Source: a bacterium (GTDB taxonomy: Bacteria > Patescibacteriota > Microgenomatia > JAMCZE01). From it: a DNA stretch of 64,000 bases. The translations under genes were made by a program, and so were the position numbers. Shown one piece after another: positions 56,687-64,000 of this stretch (position 1 is the first letter of the stretch; every line of letters starts with the position of its first letter). Location of the stretch: contig JAKBJL010000001.1 in the NCBI GenBank assembly GCA_021836035.1, positions 287,765 to 351,764 of the forward strand, read 5' to 3'. A model generated the notes under the pieces. The model did no database searches, was not told the origin of the DNA, and saw only the letters and a list, made by a program, of their open reading frames with translations.

Positions 56687-58087
56687 CTAATAACTATTTG
56701 CTTTAAGCCGTTTAATTGTTTCCGCTTCTCCCAAAATTTGTATGATTTCTCCAAGCGGTGGGGTAGCGGTTCGGCCGGTTATGGCGATACGCAAAACCAT
56801 AAAATAATCTCCCACTTTAAGGCCGTGAGACGCGCAATATTCCCGGGCTTTTTCCTCCAGAAATTTACCGTCAAGTTTTTCGGAGAGGACGGACGCGGCG
56901 TGTTCTAAGATTCTATCAGCGGATTTAAAGCCCGAGAGACTTTTCCGGTCGACGGCGGGGGGATGGAAAAAATAACCGGCTTGATCGTCAAACTCCTTAA
57001 GGGTAATTAAGCGATCGCGGATCAGGGGCAGAACCCTCACGATTTCCCCCTTATTATAGGTACTGAATTTCAGCAATCTTTCTGCCAGATTTTCATAATC
57101 CATCGCCCGGAGATATTGCTGGTTGAACCAGTTAAGCTTGTCGAAGGTAAAGCGGGGATTGGCTTTATTCAGGTTCTTTAAATCGAAGGTTTTGGTAAAT
57201 TCTTCCAAACTGAATATTTCTCGGTCATTGCCCGGGTTCCAGCCCAAGAGCATGAGATAGTTTAGTATCGCCTCCGGCAGATAGCCGTTTTCCAGGAAAC
57301 TGCGGGCGGAAACCGAGCCCCGGCGTTTGCTCATCTTTCCTTCTCCCGCCGGATCCAGGAAGACCGGCAGATGGACAAAGGTAGGCGGTTCCCAACCGAA
57401 AGCGCGGTATAAAAGGATATGTTTGGGCGTAGAGGAAAGCCATTCGTTCCCCCGGATAATGTGCGTGATTTCCATCAGGTGGTCATCAACTACTACAGCC
57501 AGGTGGTAAGTGGGAAAACCGTCGGATTTTAGAAGTATCTGGTCGTCGAGAGAGCCGGAATTGACTTTTATTTTCCCCATGACTACATCTGTGAAAGAAA
57601 TTTCTTCCCCGTCGGGAATTTTGAGCCGGATCACATAGCTTTCGTTTGCCGCAAATTTATGTTTAACTTCTGCGGGTTTCAGGTTACGGCAGTGGCGGTC
57701 ATAACCGGGCAATTTACCCTCAGCCTGTTGTTTTTTACGCAACGCTTCTAGTCGCTCCTTAGAGCAAAAGCAATAATAGGCTAGACCCTGGTCGACTAAC
57801 TGCTTTGCATATTTTTGATAGATGGGTAGTCTTTCTGATTGGTAGTATGGTGCAAAAGGGCCGCCAACCCGCGGACCCTCATCATAGCTTAAACCGTAAT
57901 CCCGGATCACAGCCAATATCCGGTCGACCGCTCCTTCTACCAAACGTTCCCGGTCGGTATCTTCGATTCGCAGGATGAACCGGCCTTTATTATTTTTCGC
58001 CCAGGCGTAATTGTAAAGCAGGGTGCGGATATGGCCGATATGATATTCGCCGGTAGGTGACGGCGCCATCCGGGTACGTACAGTCAT
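56687..58087 (-). CDS. gltX: glutamyl-tRNA synthetase
   Basis: Class I HIGH (PSPTGEYHIGHIRT) and KMSKS (KMSKRRGS) motifs. 466 aa. Confidence 0.92.
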   Translation of the reverse strand: MTVRTRMAPSPTGEYHIGHIRTLLYNYAWAKNNKGRFILRIEDTDRERLVEGAVDRILAVIRDYGLSYDEGPRVGGPFAPYYQSERLPIYQKYAKQLVDQGLAYYCFCSKERLEALRKKQQAEGKLPGYDRHCRNLKPAEVKHKFAANESYVIRLKIPDGEEISFTDVVMGKIKVNSGSLDDQILLKSDGFPTYHLAVVVDDHLMEITHIIRGNEWLSSTPKHILLYRAFGWEPPTFVHLPVFLDPAGEGKMSKRRGSVSARSFLENGYLPEAILNYLMLLGWNPGNDREIFSLEEFTKTFDLKNLNKANPRFTFDKLNWFNQQYLRAMDYENLAERLLKFSTYNKGEIVRVLPLIRDRLITLKEFDDQAGYFFHPPAVDRKSLSGFKSADRILEHAASVLSEKLDGKFLEEKAREYCASHGLKVGDYFMVLRIAITGRTATPPLGEIIQILGEAETIKRLKANSY

Positions 58088-58118
58088 ACTTAGATTCTAG
58101 CACAGACGAATTGATAAT

Positions 58119-59246
58119 TTGTCCTTAAACGCTGATATAATAATGGAAGATTACCTGCCCATGGCCAATCTTACCGAAACCGCTTTTTATACCCGCCGCT
58201 TTGTTAAATTTTCCGTATTTGCGGTTATCGGATTTGTTATCCTGAAGATTGTTTGGGGCATCGGATTAGCAGTTTGGAGCAAAGTATTTCCGCCGCCTCC
58301 TCCCCCGCCGACCCTGGCTTTCGGGCAGCTGCCGAAAATTAATTTTGCTCCGGCTTTGGTAGCTTCCGCTTCGGCTCAATATACTTATATTTTAGAAACG
58401 GTAGACGGTAAATTGCCGAAATTGCCGGTAACCGCCAAAGTATATTTTTTACCGCAGTCGGGGGTAACTTTCGGGGATTTTGATAAAATGCGCGCTCAGG
58501 CAAGCCGTATGGGTTTTACCGGTGACCCCAAAGTTATTCCGAATCAGGTAAACGGTTGGCATTTTGACGATTCCCAAAATCCTTTGCGGCATATGGATTA
58601 CAATGCGACCAGCGGCAACTTTCATATCTATTATGATTTCGGTTATGACCTGAATCTTTTTGCCGAACGGAATTTCGGGTCACCCGAAGAAGTGATTTCC
58701 CAGGCGGTCGCTTATTTTAGCAACCTCGGCCTGATCCGCGACGACCTTTCTTCCGGAGAACAGAAAACCGCTTATTTCCGGCTGGAAGCCGGTAGTTTGG
58801 TCCCGGCGGAAAGTTTTGCCGAAGCCGATGCGGTAGAAGTTAATTTTTACCGGGAGAAGATTAAAGACGGTGAAGAAACTTACCCGGTTCTTACTGCCAA
58901 CCCCCGGCAGAGCTTAGTTTCCATTACCCTTTCCGGCAATAGCAACCAGACGAAAAAAATTCTGGATGTCCGTTATTATTATTGGGCATTGGACAGGGAA
59001 AATTGGGCGACTTATCCGCTGCAATCTGCGACTGCAGCGTTTGAAACTCTAAAATCCGGCGGCGCTTATGTTACCTCGCTTTTGCCGGCAGCTGATGAGA
59101 AAAAGCAGATTACTATCCGCAAAGTATACCTGGCTTATCTCGATCCTTTTCCGCCCCAGACATATCTTCAGCCGGTGATCGTATTTTCTGACGAGAAAAG
59201 TTTTATAGCCTTCGTTCCCGCCATCACTTCTAATTGGTATAAGTAG
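58119..59246 (+). CDS. hypothetical membrane-anchored protein with poly-Pro linker
   Basis: TM FSVFAVIGFVILKIVWGIGLAVW, then PPPPPPP, then a large extracytoplasmic domain. No motif. Confidence 0.45.
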   Translation: MSLNADIIMEDYLPMANLTETAFYTRRFVKFSVFAVIGFVILKIVWGIGLAVWSKVFPPPPPPPTLAFGQLPKINFAPALVASASAQYTYILETVDGKLPKLPVTAKVYFLPQSGVTFGDFDKMRAQASRMGFTGDPKVIPNQVNGWHFDDSQNPLRHMDYNATSGNFHIYYDFGYDLNLFAERNFGSPEEVISQAVAYFSNLGLIRDDLSSGEQKTAYFRLEAGSLVPAESFAEADAVEVNFYREKIKDGEETYPVLTANPRQSLVSITLSGNSNQTKKILDVRYYYWALDRENWATYPLQSATAAFETLKSGGAYVTSLLPAADEKKQITIRKVYLAYLDPFPPQTYLQPVIVFSDEKSFIAFVPAITSNWYK

Positions 59247-59951
59247 TTAATTGATAGTGCGGGGCGTCGTGCCGTGGACAATAATCCGGGTTGATTCCTG
59301 GGGCTTGATTCTATAACGGGCGTATTCGTTGGAGTTTAATATGGGGTTAGTCCAGTAATAGAGTTTTTCCGCATCGGCGATCCGCAGATTGACGCAGCCG
59401 TGGGAGCGGGGTTTGCCGAAATCGTTATGCCAATAAGCTCCGTGTAAACTGTAGGCTTTGTAAAAATACTGTACAAAAGGGACGTTGGGAAGATCGTAAA
59501 AAGTGCCGTTAGCGATCTCTCCGCCGGTCATACGTTGGGCGCGGACTTTGGACCAAATGCGGAATTCCCCGGTTACCGTCGGCATCCAGGGTAATCCCGA
59601 ACTGACGGGAAATTCAAAGACCGTCCGGTTGCCCTCATGGGCGTAAAGCTTTTGGGTGGTCAGGTCAACTTCGATCCATTTTTCTTCATTAGTTTCACCG
59701 AGAACGGTCGGATTTTCCGCTAAAACTTGCGCCAGCTCTGCGCCCGGCAGGGGTACTTCCCGGTTAAACCAGATGGCTTTATCTGCGGTCGGATCAAATT
59801 GACCATTGCCGGAAAGTGCTTTTTGGACAAATGCATCGGTAGCTAATTCGTTAACCGGTCGGGGGCGGAGTTGTTCTTTAAAGGCGAAAACGGCGATTAA
59901 AAAAAAGCAAACGAGGAAAAGCGGCAGAAAACGGACCATGAGTAATATCAA
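59247..59951 (-). CDS. L,D-transpeptidase (YkuD family)
   Basis: N-terminal TM. Catalytic motif HGTY...SHGCVNLRIADAEKLY (H-x15-18-[ST]HGC). Confidence 0.8.
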   Translation of the reverse strand: MILLMVRFLPLFLVCFFLIAVFAFKEQLRPRPVNELATDAFVQKALSGNGQFDPTADKAIWFNREVPLPGAELAQVLAENPTVLGETNEEKWIEVDLTTQKLYAHEGNRTVFEFPVSSGLPWMPTVTGEFRIWSKVRAQRMTGGEIANGTFYDLPNVPFVQYFYKAYSLHGAYWHNDFGKPRSHGCVNLRIADAEKLYYWTNPILNSNEYARYRIKPQESTRIIVHGTTPRTIN

Positions 59952-59972
59952 TTTATAATAGCCGGAGCGGAT

Positions 59973-60983
59973 TTACAAGGCCAATTTAGAATCGGGAGTG
60001 AATTTGTAAACGCGAAAGGCCCAGTTGGCCAGCAGGGCGGTTTCGGTAAAGCGGTCGGAACTTTTGAGAACGACGGTAATTAGGGTCCGGCCGTTGCGTT
60101 CGATAGCCGCTACCAGACACTGTCCGGCTTCTTCGGTGTAACCGGTTTTCACCCCGACCGCACCCCAAAAAGAGGAAAGCAGTTGGTTGACATTTTGCAG
60201 GGGGTAGGATTTTTTTCCGGAGATATCGGGAACCCTGATCCAATTGGTAGCAACGACATTGGTGAGCAACGGGTCTTTCATTACCCGGGCAGCCAACCAA
60301 GCTAAATCCTGGCTGGAGGTGTATTGTTGCGGGGCATCGGTTCCCGTGGGGTTCTGATAATGGGTGTTATAAAGATGCAGTGCGGCCGCTTTTTTATTCA
60401 TGGCAAAAATAAAAGCTTCTCTGCCGCCGGGGTAATTGGCCGCCAGCGTTTCCGCTGCGTCGTTTCCTGAAGGCACTAACAAGCCGTAAATTAAGTTTTT
60501 AATAGTCAGTTGGTCGCCCGGAGCCAATCCCATCTCCGATTCTTCGCTGTCGTTAGTAAGCTCACCGACGGTTAAAACCTGGTCCGGTTGATAGTAATCG
60601 AGTGCTACCAGGGCGGTCATCAGCTTGGTGGTCGAAGCGGGCCGGAGTTTTGCAGCGGTGTTTTTCGCAAAGAGGACTACCCCGGAGGAAACATCTAAAA
60701 CTTCTGCGGAAGCGGCTGAAATTGCCGGTTCCGTTTCCGGGGAAATTTTCACCGGATAGTAAGAAGCGGCAAAATCGCCGTCGGAATTTTCCCGAACCAG
60801 CGGCCGTTTAGGGATGAGAGTTTGCGTCTGGTAGAAATTTTGCCCGGGTAAAAGGAGCAGGAAAATGGTAAGAAACACAAAACCAATACCCCGTTCCGGA
60901 CGGTTAAAAAGGAGATGTAGAATTGCCCGGCCGTTATTTTGCAGCCGTTTTAAGGCCCAGTTCTTTAAGTTGGTTTTCATCAA
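59973..60983 (-). CDS. D-alanyl-D-alanine carboxypeptidase (PBP5/DacA-like, S11 family)
   Basis: SxxK ASTTKLMTALVAL. SGN PSGNDAAE. KTG VGVKTGYT. N-terminal TM. The start overlaps the aspS 3' end by about 50 nt. Confidence 0.85.
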   Translation of the reverse strand: MMKTNLKNWALKRLQNNGRAILHLLFNRPERGIGFVFLTIFLLLLPGQNFYQTQTLIPKRPLVRENSDGDFAASYYPVKISPETEPAISAASAEVLDVSSGVVLFAKNTAAKLRPASTTKLMTALVALDYYQPDQVLTVGELTNDSEESEMGLAPGDQLTIKNLIYGLLVPSGNDAAETLAANYPGGREAFIFAMNKKAAALHLYNTHYQNPTGTDAPQQYTSSQDLAWLAARVMKDPLLTNVVATNWIRVPDISGKKSYPLQNVNQLLSSFWGAVGVKTGYTEEAGQCLVAAIERNGRTLITVVLKSSDRFTETALLANWAFRVYKFTPDSKLAL

Positions 60984-62319
60984 CTTCCGAAGGCGCTTCC
61001 ATTACTGCCGTGCGGCCTGACGCGGTAGTCGGGAAAGCAATTACTTCGCGTAATGTCGGTTCACCTAAAACGGCCATGAGAAAGCGGTCGATGCCGGGAG
61101 CGATGCCGCCGTGAGGCGGGACGCCGTATTTAAAAGCGGTCAAAAGATGACCGAATTTCTTTTCTGTATCCGCCGGGCTATGGCCTAAAATGGCAAAAAT
61201 GCGGGCTTGAAGTTTCGGGTCGGTAATACGTATGCTCCCTCCGCCGATTTCATATCCGTTAAGGACGAAATCGTACTGGTCCGCCCGTAATTTACCGAAT
61301 TTCTGAGGATCCTCATACAGGGATGGGATGTCTTCTGCCTTAGGAGCGGTAAACGGATGGTGCATAGCATCCCAGCGGTTTTCTTGTTCCTTCCACTCAA
61401 AAAGAGGGAAATCAATAATCCAGGCAAAAGCTAACTCATCAGCGTTGTTTTTATTTTTTCTAAGGTCCGGTTTGTCCGTCCCGTATTTAGCCATTGCTTC
61501 CCGATAGGTTAAAACCGGAAAAGGAATCCGGGTAATTTTTTTTCCGGGAAAGACTTCTTTAACAATTCCGATATACAGGGTTTCTACCAGATTGAGGATT
61601 TCTTCCTGGCTGGGGAAGGACATTTCGATATCCAATTGGGTAAATTCTCCGTATGCCCGGTCGGCCCGGGGATCTTCGTCGCGAAAGCAACGGGCGATCT
61701 GAAAATATTTTTCGATACCGGCAACCATCAACAGCTGTTTATATTGTTGCGGCGACTGCGGAAGTGCGTAAAAGTTGCCGGACTGAAGACGCGACGGGAC
61801 CAAAAAATCCCGTGCCCCTTCGGGTGTGGCTTTGGTCAGCACCGGTGTTTCCACTTCCCAAAAACCCCGGTCCAGCAGGAACTGGCGCATCTTTTGGATG
61901 ACTTTGTTTCTTAACTCCAAATTACGGCGCAGACGTTGTCGGCGCAGATCTAAATAGCGGTATTTAAGTCGCAGATCCTCATCAATATCCAGTCCTTCGG
62001 TATCCAGGGGAAAGGGCGGTGTTTCGCTTTCCGCCAAGACTTTAATTTCGCGGGCTTCGATCTCAATGGTTCCCGTAGGAATTTTGGGATTAACCAGATT
62101 CTCCGGCCGTTTTTTAACATTACCGCTGACTTCTACCACCCATTCGCTATTGATTTTTCCTGCTAATTCCGCACCAGCTACTATCTGAACAACTCCCCAG
62201 CGGTCGCGCAAATCCAGAAAAACAATTTTCCCGTGATCCCGCCGGCTGTTAACCCAGCCTTTTAAGAGGACCAGATGCCCGACTTTATCAACGGTATCTT
62301 TAGTTAAGGTACGCTCCAT
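60934..62319 (-). CDS. aspS: aspartyl-tRNA synthetase, short archaeal/eukaryal-like type (461 aa)
   Basis: N-terminal OB anticodon-binding domain (KGWVNSRRDHGKIVFLDLRDRWGVVQIV). Class II motifs 1-3 (FRDEDPRADRAYGEFTQLDIEM; GGGSIRI; GIAPGIDRFLMAV). Lacks the bacterial GAD insertion. Confidence 0.88.
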   Translation of the reverse strand: MERTLTKDTVDKVGHLVLLKGWVNSRRDHGKIVFLDLRDRWGVVQIVAGAELAGKINSEWVVEVSGNVKKRPENLVNPKIPTGTIEIEAREIKVLAESETPPFPLDTEGLDIDEDLRLKYRYLDLRRQRLRRNLELRNKVIQKMRQFLLDRGFWEVETPVLTKATPEGARDFLVPSRLQSGNFYALPQSPQQYKQLLMVAGIEKYFQIARCFRDEDPRADRAYGEFTQLDIEMSFPSQEEILNLVETLYIGIVKEVFPGKKITRIPFPVLTYREAMAKYGTDKPDLRKNKNNADELAFAWIIDFPLFEWKEQENRWDAMHHPFTAPKAEDIPSLYEDPQKFGKLRADQYDFVLNGYEIGGGSIRITDPKLQARIFAILGHSPADTEKKFGHLLTAFKYGVPPHGGIAPGIDRFLMAVLGEPTLREVIAFPTTASGRTAVMEAPSEVDENQLKELGLKTAAK

Positions 62320-62383
62320 AATTACTTTTGAGTTTAGCAGATCTCAGTTGCCGCAACAAGCCGGATAAGGTAAAATAGAGCCC

Positions 62384-62599
62384 ATGGTTAAGCCTAAAGA
62401 ACACAGCGGCGACGAGGTCGTGCAGGTAAAGCCCGGAGAAAATGTCGTTGATGTTATCAGACGGGAACGCTACCGTCTTACCTATCTGGTGCCTCCTAAA
62501 GGTCGGGAACCAAAAATTGAGGAGAACTGCCGCCGTGTGTGCCTGACAAAAATATCCGTCGACGGGATAATGCACCTTACGCGGATAGATTTGGACTGA
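62384..62599 (+). CDS. possible small protein (71 aa) encoded antisense to the aspS-relA intergenic leader
   Basis: ATG 62384 preceded by AAGGT at 12 nt. The only sizeable ORF in the 283-nt gap. Opposite orientation to both neighbours. No homology evidence. Confidence 0.25.
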   Translation: MVKPKEHSGDEVVQVKPGENVVDVIRRERYRLTYLVPPKGREPKIEENCRRVCLTKISVDGIMHLTRIDLD

Positions 62600-62602
62600 A
62601 CT

Positions 62603-64000
62603 TCAGTTTTCAGCCCGCAGCCCCTTCTGAATTTCTCTTTTTGCCAGTCTGGTGGTCACTAATTCCAGCCAGTCGCTGTTGGGTTTGCGGGGTTCTTTCG
62701 CCAGCATGATTTCGCACACGTCTCCCGAGTGCAATTTAAAATTAAAAGGAACCATTTTGCCGTTAACTTTAGCACCGATCGTCCGGTCGCCCATCTCCGT
62801 ATGGACGGCATAGGAAAAATCAATCGGGGTCGCTCCGGCGGGTAAATCCTTAACATCGCCTTTCGGAGTAAAAATAAAAATGCGATGGGAAAGGGCGTCG
62901 AATTTTAGTTCCTGAATAAATTCATGGCTGTCGGTAATTTCCTTCTGCCAGTTAGCCAACTGTTTAACCCAGGATAATTTTTCCAGGGGGGCAAAAACTA
63001 CCGTCTCCAATTTCTTGCCGGAGAGGCCTTGGGATTTTTTATTGGAGTAATACCAATGCGCGGCAATTCCGTTTTCCGCTTCTTCATGCATTTCGTAAGT
63101 TCTGATCTGGATCTCGATAATGCGACCGGCCGGACCGAAGACTTTGGTATGGATGGAACGGTAACCGTTAGGTTTGGGAACGGCGATATAATCGGAAATA
63201 CCGATGGCGGGAACCGGCTTAAAAGTTTTATGGATTACTCCCAGGGCAATGTAACACTGATCTGCCGTTTGGACAAGTATCCGCAGGGCTACTAAATCGT
63301 GGACCAGAGAAAGATCCCTGTCAATCTCCGGGCGCAGTAATTTTTTGTAAAGACTATAAAGATGTTTTTTCCGGCCGTTGACGGTCGCTTTGATATTTTC
63401 CGCAGCTAAATTTTTAAGAATTTTTTGTTTGGCTCTAATAATATGTTCCTCCGCTTCCTTGTAAGCCGCCGCGGAATAACCGGTAAGCCAGCGATAGTCT
63501 TCCGGGTAAAGATAGGGGAAGGCTAAATCCTCAAGTTCTCCTTTGACTTCCCCCATCCCCAGGCGTTCTGCCAGGGGGGCATAAACCTCAAGGGTTTCCC
63601 GGGAAATGCGGGTTTGTTTCTCGGCGGATAAGTATTGCAGGGTACGCATATTATGAAGACGGTCGGCGAGTTTTATAATCACGACCCGGAGATCAGAAGA
63701 CATGGCCAAAAACATTTTACGCAGATTTTCGACAAATTCTTCGTCCGTTGACCCCCGGAGCTTTACCTGCCCGACTTTGGTTACCCCGCTGACCAGACGG
63801 GAAATCGTCTCGCCGAATTCTTTTTGGAGGTCTTTTTCCGTCGCCGCGCCGTCTTCGATGCTGTCATGTAAAAGTCCTGCGGCCAGAGAAAGAATATCCA
63901 TTTTCCAATCCGCAAGGATATTGGCTACCGCCAGCAAATGGCTGACAAAAGGCTCACCGGATAATCTTTTTTGGCCATAATGTGCTACCACCGCGAAGTC
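62603..64000 (-). CDS. RelA/SpoT-homolog (RSH) (p)ppGpp synthetase/hydrolase, 5' end beyond window
   Basis: HD domain HLLAVANILADW...LLHDSIEDG. Synthetase domain (YRSIHTKV, nucleotidyltransferase motifs). TGS domain (FIFTPKGDVKDLPAGATPIDFSYAVHTEMG). The frame stays open to the window edge. Confidence 0.85.
   Translation of the reverse strand, partial: DFAVVAHYGQKRLSGEPFVSHLLAVANILADWKMDILSLAAGLLHDSIEDGAATEKDLQKEFGETISRLVSGVTKVGQVKLRGSTDEEFVENLRKMFLAMSSDLRVVIIKLADRLHNMRTLQYLSAEKQTRISRETLEVYAPLAERLGMGEVKGELEDLAFPYLYPEDYRWLTGYSAAAYKEAEEHIIRAKQKILKNLAAENIKATVNGRKKHLYSLYKKLLRPEIDRDLSLVHDLVALRILVQTADQCYIALGVIHKTFKPVPAIGISDYIAVPKPNGYRSIHTKVFGPAGRIIEIQIRTYEMHEEAENGIAAHWYYSNKKSQGLSGKKLETVVFAPLEKLSWVKQLANWQKEITDSHEFIQELKFDALSHRIFIFTPKGDVKDLPAGATPIDFSYAVHTEMGDRTIGAKVNGKMVPFNFKLHSGDVCEIMLAKEPRKPNSDWLELVTTRLAKREIQKGLRAEN

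Noticed and set aside
1-64000. CRISPR arrays, IS elements/transposases, integrases, prophage genes
   Set aside because: No regularly spaced direct repeats, no DDE/tyrosine/serine recombinase catalytic motifs and no terminal inverted repeats were seen. The only recombinase-like hint is a coiled-coil motif in the frameshifted ORF 51916..52747, which is insufficient.

Overview
This is a dense (~90% coding) bacterial chromosomal window of housekeeping genes, about 50% GC, using the standard genetic code, with Shine-Dalgarno sites in places and frequent short gene overlaps. It contains no CRISPR array, intact transposase or integrase, so the best novelty candidates are the three unexplained segments (18083-20998, 46566-47454 and 50122-52750) and the hup leader. 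The content is consistent with a small-genome, Patescibacteria-like bacterium, but that placement is inference only. From 5' to 3' the window carries: a type IV pilin/minor-pilin cluster with a LytR_C-fused membrane protein; a PAS histidine kinase with a receiver-only response regulator; an ArsR regulator converging on an archaeal-type cupin glucose-6-phosphate isomerase; DUF2207, VKOR, NRAMP, MscL with a zinc-ribbon tail, ASCH and Fic genes; then the conserved secY-adk-map-infA-rpmJ-rpsM-rpsK-rpsD-rpoA-rplQ-rplM-rpsI block. rpmJ is not in the ORF track. After rpsI comes a ~2.9 kb segment of unrecognisable small ORFs plus an AlkD-like repair gene, ending at a tRNA-Pro(GGG) (20999..21070) that carries the C1:G72 and A73 identity elements. 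Downstream: a large polytopic membrane protein, recA, recX, rny, hup with a long repeat-bearing leader, an NrnA-like DHH phosphoesterase, one ABC ATPase but three paralogous ABC-2 permease pairs (one pair frameshifted), an RsmC-like/KsgA-like methyltransferase fusion, miaB-like, murI, miaA, an AI-2E transporter, a type-A RNase P RNA (39714..40135), a second HK-RR-HK-RR cluster with receiver-only regulators, lon, an 890-nt ORF-poor convergent region, a lipid module (acyltransferase-3, dgkA, PAP2), a ~2.6 kb low-GC segment (non-canonical RsmC-like methyltransferase plus a frameshifted unknown gene), a YrdD-like 4x zinc-ribbon protein, several hypotheticals, gltX, peptidoglycan-remodelling genes (L,D-transpeptidase, DacA-like), a short archaeal-type aspS, and a 5'-truncated RSH (relA/spoT) gene at the window edge.
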